This document shows, piece by piece, positions 25,138-37,292 of a stretch of 64,000 nt of DNA. The notes beneath the pieces were generated by a model that made no database searches, was not told the DNA's origin, and was given only the letters and a program-made list of their open reading frames with translations. The position numbers and the translations under genes are program-made. Source of the DNA: Octopus sinensis (taxonomy: Eukaryota); assembly GCF_006345805.1 (NCBI RefSeq), contig NC_043010.1, positions 61,442,001 to 61,506,000 of the forward strand, in the 5' to 3' direction. Numbering within the stretch: the stretch's first letter is position 1; every line of letters starts with the position of its first letter.

Positions 25138-28100
25138 ATAGTAATAAAAGTGGAATCGAACTTGAAGAATCAAAATTGTGCGTGAGTTATTATTATTGGC
25201 ATAATGATTTTTCCAAGACACAACCAAATTTGTTCCAAGACACAACCAAATTTGTTCAAACGCACAAATTCACACCAAGAATCTTGCGAACCAAACACAA
25301 AAACGAAAAATTCTTGAGTAGGTTTAAGCAAAAAAAAAAAAAAAGCTTAATTATAATTATTGATAATAAAGGCTTCAAGGCCAGCAATTTGGGGGTGGGG
25401 TAAGTAAGTCGATCTCCTGTGATCAATTGGTATTTATTTTATCGATCCCGAAAGGATGAAACGCGAAGTCAGCCTCCGCGGAATTTGAACACAAAACGTG
25501 GTTAGTCGGAAATGACCATTGATAATAAAAGATAAGATAGCCTATTGATTTAATTCCAGTGTAACCCCTTGATTTCTTAATGAAGGTAATCTAGCTAATA
25601 TATTCCTATCTTAAAAAATGATTAGATGTTATTTGAGGGAAATTTGGCTGCTATTTCTTGCAGATCAAACATCCATATAAGGGCTGATCTTTCTAAATGT
25701 TACGTTAAGTCAATGTTGATTGCAATTAATAGACTGCAATTAGTGCCCCCCGTCAAACCGTGGGGCGACCAAGATCGTTGCCAGCAAAGTGACAAGGGAA
25801 GTAATCTCCAGCTGTATATAGAGATATATACACACGCACATGTATGCGTATATGCGTGAATGTGTGTGAGTGTGCGTGTCTATATAGATATAAGATGTAT
25901 TAGATGTACAGTTATCTTTTATAACTTCACACACGGTAAGTATTAGAAATAATTGACACCGTAAAAAACATTGCCAATTATCTCACGCCTAAAAACCGTT
26001 CCGTCGGAGTGTCAGCTTCTAAAGCGAGTTGGGTGATGGCAAGCAACTCTGAAGTGGACGACTCTGAAGTTTAGCGAAGTAATTAAAGAGGAAAAGTTTA
26101 TAGAAGAGGGGAAATTGAAGTTTGATGTCAGAGTGTAAATCTATGAGGAACGTATATAGCAATGACACCGATTTCTTTTGTTGTTAAAGCTGGTAAAATA
26201 TTTTTCATATCTTGTAAGTAATTCTGCAACAAAGCTTGCTGACACCTTTCCCATGAGGGACCCAGAAGCCGTATTTCACAGCCTCGACTCCCGTCACACG
26301 AAATACAGTGAGTTATGCTCTTACATTCGTTACCTTTCCTCAAATTGAATCTGTCTACTTATTGCAGTATATGTCTTCTCTGCTATATATATGTGTGCGT
26401 GTGTGTGTGTGTGTATACGTATAGACCTACACATACACATATACACATAGACACACACACGCACTCATACTCAGGGGACATATTTTGATATTATGGCATT
26501 CTCTCAATCGCATCCATAGTCCCCTCTCTTTTTGTCTTTCATTGTGTATATATATATATAATTGTGTGTGTAAATACCAAATGTTTTATTATAATAACAA
26601 GTGTTTAAAGTATATAAATGGGTGTGTATGTATGTCTGTGCGCGCTTAATTGGTGCGCGCGCAGACTTGTATGTGTGTGTATGTATGTATATATATGTAT
26701 GTATTATATATATATATATATGTGCGTGTGTGTGTGTAAGTGTATGTGTGTGTTTAGTATAGATAGATATAGATATGTATTTGATAGAGAGAGCGTGGTG
26801 GTGTGTGTGGCTGTATGGGAGAATGACAAGCAACAGAGGAGGGTGAGAGATCGTAAACCGTGATGATGCATTATACCTGTGCATTTCAGCCACTTGCAGT
26901 TCAACTGCATACTTCACACTCTATCAACCCCCCTCTCTCTCTCTTTCTAACTATCTCTCTTTCCTCCCTCTCTCTCTCTCTCTATCTGTAGATATCTGCC
27001 TCTCCCCCTTCTTTCTCTCTGTAACTATCTACCCTCCCCTCTCTGCGAGACTATCTGCCTCTCCCCGCTCTCTCTCTCTCTCTCTCTGTCGCTCTCATCT
27101 CCCTCTGCGACTATCTGCCTCTCTTTCTCTCCCTCTCTCGCTCTATTTGCCTCTATTACAGAAACCCACACAAAATACATACGAGTCTCAGTGCTTGATC
27201 GTTGATCGTCCACGGAGGGGCCTTCCTCGTAAGGGGCGGGGAGTCGCCTTTCACAAACCGACAGACATTTATTGGGATTATATTACTACGGTGTTATTTA
27301 CTGGCGATAAATCTTGCAATCTTCTCTCGCGTGTTCATATATAAATTTATATATAAACTTATTTCCACCGTTGGACTTAATTAGTCCAACACAGAAAAGC
27401 GCTGGACTATATTCGTCACAATTATTTAACTCTCGGCCAAAACTTCACCCTCTTCACCCCTTATTGCTCGGGGGTCCATTCAGAGCCAGGAGGTGTCGTT
27501 CATTTATTAAATCTACTTTAATCTCTTTCTACACAGTCATTTTTGTGCCTTATAAAACCCAATGTCCATTTTTGTGCTTGGTGAAAATAGTTTGCAGTGC
27601 AATCAGTCCACACTCACTCGCGGACAGATACATCAGGAAATTTGTTTATAGTCCCGAAATATTTAGGCGATAATCTTGTAAAGTTTCCAGACAAAGTCTC
27701 CATCTAACACTTTAGTTCTCAATCATTATTTTTTTTTACCTCCGGACCCGTTTCATTTCTATTTTATTCGGGTAGACCCTCACAGCCATTCGATGTTAAA
27801 AAAAAATCCTGTAATATTTTCATAATTAAATATTATAAAGAATTGTAAGAATATTTTATGCATTTATTTTATGTAGGTATATAGGCTATTCGTTGTACTA
27901 TTTTAACAAAAGGTCTTCTATGAATTCCCTAAGGGTCATATGGATCCCAGCTGAGAACCACAGATTTAACATATTCTACTGGTTTTGTATCTTTTAATGG
28001 GGAAGGTAGCTCCTGTGATTTGTAACAGGGCATAGGAGACTGGTAGGAGCGAGAGGGGACGATACCCTCAAACCGGAGACCTGACATGAAAGCTTACAAC

Positions 28101-28927
28101 AGAGTGTGTGTGGGTGGGGTGGGGGTTAAACCTGGGTGAACGGTTAAGTCTGTCTATCACCCAGGGAGGCCATGACAGGATTTGAACTCGGAATGCAAAG
28201 GCGCAGGAGTGGTTGTGTGGTAAGTAGCTTGCTTACCAACCACATGGTTCCGGGTTCAGTCCCACTGCGTGGCATTTTGGGCAAGTGTCTTCTACTATAG
28301 CCTCGGGCCAACCAAAGCCTTGTGAGTGGATTTGGTAGACAGAAACTGAAAGAAGCCCGTCGTATATATGTGTGTGTGTGTGTATGTTTGTGTGTCTGTG
28401 TTTGTCCCCCTAGCATTGCTTGACAACCGATGCTGGTGTGTTTACGTCCCCGTTACTTAGCGGTTCGGCAAAAGAGACCGATAGAATAAGTACTGGGCTT
28501 ACAAAGAATAAGTCCTGGGGTCGATTTGCTCGACTAAAGGCGGTGCTCCAGCATGGCCGCAGTCAAATGACTGAAACAAGTAAAAGAGAAAAGAGAGAGT
28601 CTGAGCCATACAGCCAGGCACCTGTTCCCACATTCTTACAGTTCTACCTGGCTTGGATTGATACTTTATCAAACTCGCAATGGCTAAAAGGCAAGGTTGA
28701 CCTTGGTGAGATTTGAACTCAGAGCATTGAGTGTTACAACAAATAATTGATGCTCTAAACAGTGAAAATATTGAAGCTTTTACTAAACTTCAACATGTTA
28801 ACTGTTGTCTGCCAAAGTACAATGATGGGATTATGTTTCAGACATAGAAATCACCATTTTCTTTCCAGGAAGAATTCCAAAAGCCTCCTAGGTGACCCTG
28901 TCAGTTCTGGTGTCACATAAAAAGCAC

Positions 28928-29588
28928 TGGTGCTGGGACCATGTAAAAAGCATTGGGGGCTGATACCACATAAAACGAATTGGTGCTGGGACCATGTAAA
29001 AAGCATTGGGGGCTGATACCACATAAAACGAATTGGTGCTGGGGCCATGTAAAAAGCATTGGGGGCTGATACCACATAAAACGAATTGGTGCTGGGGCCA
29101 TGTAAAAAGCATTGGGGGCTGATACCACATAAAACGAATTGGTGCTGGGGCCATGTAAAAAGCATTGGGGGCTGATACCACATAAAACGAATTGGTGCTG
29201 GGGCCATGTAAAAAGCATTGGGGGCTGATACCACATAAAACGAATTGGTGCTGGGGCCATGTAAAAAGCATTGGGGGCTGATACCACATAAAACGAATTG
29301 GTGCTGGGGCCATGTAAAAAGCATTGGGGGCTGATACCACATAAAACGAATTGGTGCTGGGACCATGTAAAAAGCATTGGGGGCTGATACCACATAAAAC
29401 GAATTGGTGCTGGGGCCATGTAAAAAGCATTGGGGGCTGATACCACATAAAACGAATTGGTGCTGGGGCCATGGAAAAAGCATTGGGGGCTGATACCACA
29501 TAAAACGAATTGGTGCTGGGGCCATGTAAAAAGCATTGGGGGCTGATACCACATAAAACGAATTGGTGCTGGGGCCATGTAAAAAGCA
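28928..29588 (+). repeat. 53-bp minisatellite, ~12.5 near-identical units, in an RTE 3' UTR
   Basis: Unit tggtgctggggccatgtaaaaagcattgggggctgataccacataaaacgaat starts at 28928+53n; followed by the RTE tail cagtacactctgtaaagtggttg. Confidence 0.95.
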
Positions 29589-32025
29589 TCCAGTACACTC
29601 TGTAAAGTGGTTGATGTTAGGAAAGACATCTAACCATAAAGACCATTGCCAAAGCAGACAGTAGGGCTTGGCACAGTCTTCTGACTTGCCATCTCCTGTC
29701 CAACCATCTGGCCCAGGCCAGTATGAAAGGAGGACATTTAATGATAATGATGACAGGCTGCTTTCAGTTTCTTTCTACCAAAACCATATTTTTTTTTGCG
29801 GAGGGGTTCCTAGAGACATGTAATTTATTTAAAGGGTTACGCAAGGGTAAAAAGGTTAAGAAACACTGGTCTATGTCGTCAAGCCCTAAACTAAATTCAC
29901 ACTCCATCGGTTACGAGGACAAGGGTTCCAGTTGATCCGATCAACGGAACAGCCATGGAATGAACATGCAAGTGACCAACACTCCAAAGACATGTTAAAA
30001 TGATGAAGATTCTGTGGAGTTTTGTTTTGAATATTTTTTAAAAGCCAAAACAATGCAAGATATAATAATTAATAATGCAGGTAAGTAGATCGCACTGTTA
30101 CCTGGTATTTCAATAGTTCATGATTAGGACCCTTCTTCAGGTAATTTATAGAGAAAAGATGTTGGTAGCTGATTTCTCTGCTATCTGCAGAATGGTTGGT
30201 GTTAGGAAGAGCATCCAGCCATAAAAACCATACCAAAACAGACACAGAAGCATGGTACAGACTCCAGCCTGGCCAGTTCTTGTCAAACCGTCCAACCCAT
30301 GCCAGCATGGAAGGAGATCATTAAACGATGATGATGAATGCTTCCTGAAAACTATACTACTTGATTATAATTATATCATCATCATCATCATCATCGTTTA
30401 ACATCCGCTTTCCATGCTGGTATGGGTTGGATGGTTTGACTGAGGACTGGTGAGCTAGAAGGCTGCACCAGGCTCCAGTCTGATCTGGCAAAGTTTTTAC
30501 AGCTGGATGCCCTTCCTTACATCAACCACTCTGAGGGTGTAGTGGGTGCCACTGGCACGAGGGCCAGTCAGGCGGTTCTGGCAATGACCACACTCAAAAG
30601 GTGTTTTTTTATATACTACCTGCACGGGAGCCAGTCTGGCGGCACTGGCAACGACCATGCTTGAATGTTTTTTCACATGCCACCGGCACATGTGTGTCAC
30701 TGTTCTGCACAATTAATTATAAATGTACTGTGCTGTTGTGTATCATTGATAATTAATTATATTAAGGCAGCACCGTTAGCATGCTGGGCAAAATGCTTCA
30801 CAGCATTTTGTCCATCTTTACTTTCTGAGTTCAAATTCTGTCAAGGTCGCTTTTACTTTTCATTCTTTCAGGGTCGATAAAATAAGTACCAGTTGTGCAC
30901 TGAGGTCGATGTAATCGACTTACCCCCCACTAAATTGCTGGCCTTGTGCCCAAATTTGAAACTAATAAATAATTACACTGTGATGTTTTGTATGATTTTA
31001 TCACGTCTGCTTCTTCTTGTAACCCACCATAACTTCCGTTCCATAACATTTGTTAAATAGTAACCTTCAGTTTTTATCCCTTTGCAGGTGCTGACCAGCT
31101 GTGAGTTTGATGGTCATTGGACACCAATGTGACCATCACCACCAAGTGGTAACCATGTTGTCGACAAACTGAAGATTGTCTGCCCAAGCTTTGTTTTGTC
31201 CTTCAGATTTTGTTTTTATTACCCAAGGTTTTTGTTAAAGTACATGCAGAGCTTTAATAAGGACCAGATGACCAAAGTGTGAATGGTCAGTGCTACCTGG
31301 TCATCATATTGACTTATTGATTATTGGTCATCATCAGCAACAGTCACCTAACTATGAGCATATGTTGCTAATTACAGATGAATTAAACCACAACAACAAA
31401 GGATTAATGATATTCACTTGTTAACGAACTTACAGACATCCTAAAATAACAACAAACACTGATGATAATAATTCATGGACAGGAATGAAACGTTAGTCTG
31501 CACTGCCACTTGAAACCTTTGTCTGGCTGTCAGGAGTCTCACATCTTACCTACTCAGCCACTGTGCCTTTCAATAACAGCTGCAGTGACCATGGCAACCA
31601 CTGATGGATATTTGGTGACTATGGTGACCAACTAATTACAGCTGACTTCAAGTATCCTGGAACATGTAATCTATGGACATTGGCCTTTGTTTCAAGCTGA
31701 TCGTATTCCGACATCCCTGAATGTAGCCGTTGGACCTTGGAAGATTCCTGTTTGTATGTCGCTGTACAGACTTAACTCATCAATCTTATGTCAGACATAA
31801 ATCTTTGTGGAGAGATTTTTGAACATCAACAGTTTTCTCAACAGACAAATCTAATTATGTTTTAATTCATACCAATTTCATTTCAATCCAGATTAAACTT
31901 TACTATAATCCATAGATACATTAGAAACTCTTTAATCTCAATCCATAGCAACTTTAATCTGAATTGGGATCAATCTTGTTTTAATCCATACCATCTTTCA
32001 TTTTTATCCCAGGAAAAACAGCAGA

Positions 32026-33897
32026 ATGGATCGTTCTGCAGGAATGAAGAATATTCACGATACCGTTTGTGGTTTGCAATTTCCACAGGGACACAATCTT
32101 CAAGGGAGCCAAAGAGTGGCACCAATGAGTGAATGCTTAATGTTTCATGGCGCTATTTCCGGTAAACATTTCCCACAAGAGCACAGCATGCAGTCTCAGA
32201 GAGTTCCTTACATCACGACAGACACCGTCTTCCCGACGAACATCTACTCAGGCAAACAGATGTTTACCAGTCAACCGTGCTATCTGCCAGCGACTGCTTT
32301 GACCAGTATTGACAGATCGGAAGATGACCGTTCGGTCCATAACACAGGGACGGGCAGTGGCGGTGGGGGTGGTGATCACAATCAGTCTACGACATCGGCA
32401 TCTCCGCCTCTGCCTTCTTCAAAGCACCATCAGCAGCAGCAGCAGCCACAGCAGCAAGTGCAACAGCAGCAGCAACATCATCATCATCATCAACAACAAC
32501 ATCATCATCATCATAGCCAACAGCAACAGCAAAACCAGTTGCACAAATCAGCTGCTAGCAACTCTGATAAATCTGGTTCATCGTATCAAAGTTGTTGTTC
32601 CAACGCCAACTGTTGTCAGCCGAGGAAGAGTTCGCAACAGATGCAGCCCCAGACTGTGTGCAAGACCCCTTCTACACTGAATCACCAGACACATCAACAT
32701 CAGCAACAACAACAACAACAGCCACAGCAACAACAACTTCATAACCAGCCACGACAACAACAACAACAGCAGCAGCAACAACCACAACAATCGCAACAAC
32801 CACAACAATCACAACAACAACAACAGGCTGTTAAACCTCGTCAAAAACAACTTTTCTGTGACTTTTGTGGGAAAGAGTTTGCACAGGAATATCTTATGCA
32901 AATGCACCGAAGGACCCATACTGGCGAAAGACCGTTCCAGTGTGAGATATGTTTGAAGCAGTTTGCACGTCGAGACACTTTGAGGATTCATTTGAGGACC
33001 CACACAGGGGAGAAGCCGTTCCAGTGTGACGTCTGCTTCAAACAGTTTGCCCAGAAGGAATACCTGGTGGTCCACAAGAGGTCCCACACGGGAGAGAAAC
33101 CTTTCCAGTGTGACTTCTGCATTCAGAAATTTGCTCGCCGTGACACATTACAAATTCACCGTCGAATGCACACGGGGGAGAAGCCGTTTCAGTGCACGTA
33201 TTGCACGAAACAGTTTACGCAGCAGAGTAAACTGCAGGTTCATAAACGAACCCACGTTCGTCGGAAACGATTCCATTGCGACATCTGCTTGAAATTGTTT
33301 GCCCGGAAGAGTTACCTAGCAACACACAAACGCTGCCACACAGGAGAGAAACCTTTCGGCTGCGACATTTGCTTGAAGCATTTTTCTCAAAGAGATTATC
33401 TGCAGATCCATCGTCGCATCCACACTGGCGATCGGCCGTATAAATGTGAGGTGTGCTTTAAGCAGTTTGTTCGTCAAGACACTCTCAAGATTCACCATCG
33501 TACTCACACTCGGGAGAAGCCATACGGCTGTGATATCTGCTTAAAAAACTTCGCCCACCGGCATTACCTGGCCATCCACCGCCGGTCCCACACAGGCGAG
33601 CGCCCGTACCAATGTGAGTTCTGTCTGCTCCAGTTTGCTCGACGAGATAAGCTCCTTGTACACCGCAGGTCTCATACAGGGGAGAAACCTTTCCAGTGTA
33701 ACAACTGTGACCTGAAGTTTGCCAGTCCTGATGAGCTGAGACATCACAAGAAGTCTCATGGTCCTACGACCGTCTCCATGGATTCAGGCAGCTTTAACAG
33801 TGCTAACGTCAACCACCAACACCATCATCATCATCATCACATTCATCAACAACCACCACAGCAGCAGCAGCAGCAGCAGCAACAACATATTTCTTAA
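32026..33897 (+). CDS. C2H2 zinc-finger protein (623 aa, 11 tandem fingers, poly-Q/poly-H low-complexity tracts), single coding exon
   Basis: The ORF has 11 consecutive fingers with canonical TGEKP-type linkers. A polypyrimidine acceptor (tttttatcccag|) ends at 32012, just before the ATG. Confidence 0.93.
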   Translation: MDRSAGMKNIHDTVCGLQFPQGHNLQGSQRVAPMSECLMFHGAISGKHFPQEHSMQSQRVPYITTDTVFPTNIYSGKQMFTSQPCYLPATALTSIDRSEDDRSVHNTGTGSGGGGGDHNQSTTSASPPLPSSKHHQQQQQPQQQVQQQQQHHHHHQQQHHHHHSQQQQQNQLHKSAASNSDKSGSSYQSCCSNANCCQPRKSSQQMQPQTVCKTPSTLNHQTHQHQQQQQQQPQQQQLHNQPRQQQQQQQQQPQQSQQPQQSQQQQQAVKPRQKQLFCDFCGKEFAQEYLMQMHRRTHTGERPFQCEICLKQFARRDTLRIHLRTHTGEKPFQCDVCFKQFAQKEYLVVHKRSHTGEKPFQCDFCIQKFARRDTLQIHRRMHTGEKPFQCTYCTKQFTQQSKLQVHKRTHVRRKRFHCDICLKLFARKSYLATHKRCHTGEKPFGCDICLKHFSQRDYLQIHRRIHTGDRPYKCEVCFKQFVRQDTLKIHHRTHTREKPYGCDICLKNFAHRHYLAIHRRSHTGERPYQCEFCLLQFARRDKLLVHRRSHTGEKPFQCNNCDLKFASPDELRHHKKSHGPTTVSMDSGSFNSANVNHQHHHHHHHIHQQPPQQQQQQQQQHIS

Positions 33898-34244
33898 ATA
33901 TCGACCCTGGCAACGATGCCAGCCTTTCCAACATCATCTCTATCAATTATTTCTCTTCTCATTTGCAATATGCTAATTTATTCTTCCCATGATGTCTCTC
34001 TCTTCTCCAATGTAACCAGCTACACATCTTATACCAACTCTCCCATTCTCAAATACATACACACACACACTCAACTCCATCTATTACTCTTTAATATGTA
34101 CCCACATCCCATCTATCATGGCAATCTCTCTCTCAAGCATTTACGTTCTCAAATAGAGGACACACGATCACTCCCATCTTAGTAAATTCACTGTGGGCCC
34201 CTAATTAAACTTTACACTCTACAATATGTTTATTGTGACCCTTA

Positions 34245-34617
34245 TGTGGAGGCGCAATGGCCCAGTGGTTAGAGCAGCGGACTCGTGGTTTCGATTCCCA
34301 GACCGGGCGTTGTGAGTGTTTATTGAGCGAAAACACCTAAAGCTCCACGAGGCTCCGGCAGGGGATGGTGGTGATCCCTGCTGTACTCTTTCACCACAAC
34401 TTTCTCTCACTCTTACTTCCTGTTTCTGTTGTACCTGTATTTCAAAGGGCCGGCCTTGTCACTCTCTGTGTCATGCTGAATATCCCCGAGAACTACGTTA
34501 AGGGTACACATGTCTGTTGAGTGCTCAGCCACTTACACGTTAATTTCACGAGCAGGCTGTTCCGTTGATTCGGATCAACCGGAACTCTCATCGTCGTAAC
34601 TGACGGAGTGCTTCCAC
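34245..34617 (+). mobile_element. tRNA-derived SINE family C (copies also ~5905-6260-, ~61968-62276-)
   Basis: A box tggcccagtgg, B box gtttcgattcc; 13-bp TSD attgtgaccctta. Confidence 0.88.
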
Positions 34618-37122
34618 ATTGTGACCCTTACATTATTGACATATATCCCATATTTGAGAAATAATATTCAAATAACACTAGAATTATCCACCACAGTCTT
34701 GAAGGAGTAGATGTGTGGTGGCATTGATGCCCTTCTGAAACTCCCACAACTCATAACTGGTTTGTGAATCCAGCTCGTAAAAAGTTCTTTTTTAATTGAT
34801 TGATCCCAACAAACTTGTCTAAGATTGGTTGAAATTGAAACAGCTGTTTGCTGGTTTGAACTTGGGTAGGCAGAGGGATTGGTAACATAAGACAGTAGTG
34901 TTGCCAGAGAAGTAGGAATGGCCACAGTGTTTAGTAATGCTGTTTGATAATTCAGACTGTATAAGAATGTCAGGAGAAGACCAGGCAACTTGTTAGTAAA
35001 AGTAAAAGTTGTGGAGTTGGTGCTAGAAGAGATGGAGAAAAGAATGGGTTTGTGGGTCTAGTTGTGTAGCATATTCACAAAGGGATTTTTGGCTATCTAT
35101 AGTGCTTGCATGAGAAACAGCAGCTCCCCTGCAGATGGGGATTAGGGCCTGCTGTCTCATCATGGCTGAAGTATTTTCAAGCTTGTACCACGCCCCAAAG
35201 GATTGAGCTGTGACTTTAAACAAGTTACTTGACTCTTCCATTTCTAAAGCAGAGGAAATGACTTATCCAATCATTTATTTCTATTAAACAACAAATAAGA
35301 TTAATTTGTTCCTCAACAAAGCCCCTGCCAACCCCAAATGCTGTTTTCCCTTTAGATCATAGCAAACTTCAAATTTTTTTTTCCTGTAAATTCCTCATCT
35401 AAGCTCAATCTTTGGGAGCCATACACAAGTGCCATAAATTTTAAGGACCACATTTTAAATTTCATCATTGGTGGTGGTAAGGTGTCACTATCAGTACCAT
35501 AGACATCTAACCACTCCCTCACTCATTAAGGTCGTTACATTGGAGTTCAGTCCTTGTTCTCATTGAAACATTTAACACTGCCCCCTTACGACCTTCAACA
35601 ACTGACATCGTTCTTTACATTGGAACCCCTTAGCTTAAACAGAAGCTCTCTACCAACTAACCCCCGCCCCCCAATTTATTGGGACACAGCTCTGTGGAGT
35701 GTCCCTTCCCAGTCATGATGATGATGATGATAATTAAGTCTGTAGCTATGCAAAATCTGTAGACACTCCCCTACTTCCCTCTTGACTCACCCATAGTTTT
35801 GTTATGTTTTTATTTCCCCCCACCCCCAGTCATATAGCCCCTTCCCCCCAATAGCTGCCATCATATTCAGTGACCCCTATATTTGTCTGTCGTTGTTTGC
35901 TTTTGGTGCCTCACCCTATCTTGAACCCAGACAGCAGACTTTTCACTTGAACTATTTACCAGTTGGCTCAGATTCAGTTCAGAAATAAATACAATAAAGA
36001 GGTCTAACCATGGTAAACTTACTCCTGTTGTTGTTGCTTTTGTTATTAAGGACGTTGGTCAGGGGACACACCAGGCAGAGATTATATATAGATCTGTTGT
36101 TCCTTTAGGGTCTCTGTTTGAATTTGCCCTGATGTCATCTTTGCCTTTCACCCTTTCAGATGTTGACACAGTAACCAGCTGTGAATATGTTGCAAATAGT
36201 TATTACATGGACAAAACAATGCATTTTAAATGTTCGAATCCTAGCAAAGTTGATGTCTTTCACCCATACACACAACTAACCCAAAGCAATAATACAAAGC
36301 CATTAGGTTACTATTTCCAGCCCTTTACTCACTCAGTCTATACCTTGTGTTAATGCTAAAGCCAGTGGAGCAACAGATTAAATATTTGGTAGTGTTTTAG
36401 TCTATGCGATGCGTTGTGTTCTTGAACAAGACACTTCATTTCACGTTGCTCCAGTCCACTCAGCTGGCAAAAATGAGTAACGCTGCAATGGACTGGCATC
36501 CCGTCCAGCTGGGGAACACATACGCCATAGAAACCAGGAAACCGGGCCCATGAGCCTGGCTAGGCTTTAAAAGGGCACGTTTATATTTTTTTGACTTAAC
36601 TATAGTCAGTCATGGACATAACTGATTTTTAATTGACTCAGTTGTTTATTAAAGATGATGAAGGTAATGAGAGTGTGTGTGTGTGGGGGGGGAGACTGAA
36701 GTAAGAGTGACATGAGGGGGGTGACAAGAAAATGAGTAATGACCACAAAAAAGGGAAATATTTTGTTTATTCATTTAAAAAAACAAATCGTTTACAACAA
36801 ATCTTTAACAGATAGAAAATTTATAACCATGATAGTAGAACCAAATTCTAACAAAAGTTAACTGTGTGGGTGTATAAAGAGAGAGAATTTGTATTTGGTG
36901 CTCTCTAGATTCCCAAAAGATACCCCCCTCCTCTTTTTATTTAATTAGAAAATAATATTTAAAATAGGGGCCTGCAAAAGTGAAGCCAGCAATTGTCAAA
37001 GAAAGAAAAAGGTTCTGGCTTGGAAGGTGGACAGAATTAAGAATCTAACAGAATTCAAGGTTACTAGGAATGGTTAAGACTTGTTGGTGTTGGTCAGTTC
37101 TGGCTGTACATTCCGGACTGTT

Positions 37123-37292
37123 CTAATGACCAACAATCTCATTGAGTGTGTGAGAGATAATATCTGTACACTTGAGTAGCTCGGATTCTGTGATCACCAA
37201 CGGAGGGGAAAATCTGATGATATCACCATGAGTAGGTTTGGCAAGGAGGCCGTATTCTTTAAGCTTCAGACAGACGTCCCAGGCATCGTATT
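37123..37292 (-). CDS. OAT: Ornithine aminotransferase, last coding exon
   Basis: (K)[33 protein letters not shown]...EIVGH*; ttttctag|. The seven exons total 1311 nt = 436 aa + stop. Confidence 0.96.

Noticed and set aside
28851-29629. Three overlapping 230+ aa ORFs and a CRISPR-like regular array
   Set aside because: These are by-products of a stop-free 53-bp tandem unit read in all frames. There are no unique spacers and no cas genes, and the context is eukaryotic.
30095-30145. CTGAAGA...GAAA hammerhead-like string on the minus strand
   Set aside because: There is no coherent stem II, and no NUH triplet sits between stem III and the ttac/gtaa helix.
32309-33976. Overlapping and antisense ORFs across ZNF2
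   Set aside because: They are shadow frames of CAG/CAA repeats and repetitive finger codons.
34668-35241. Two minus-strand ORFs (106 and 72 aa)
   Set aside because: No recognisable domain or splice signals; probably 3' UTR of ZNF2. A tblastn/blastx search would settle it.
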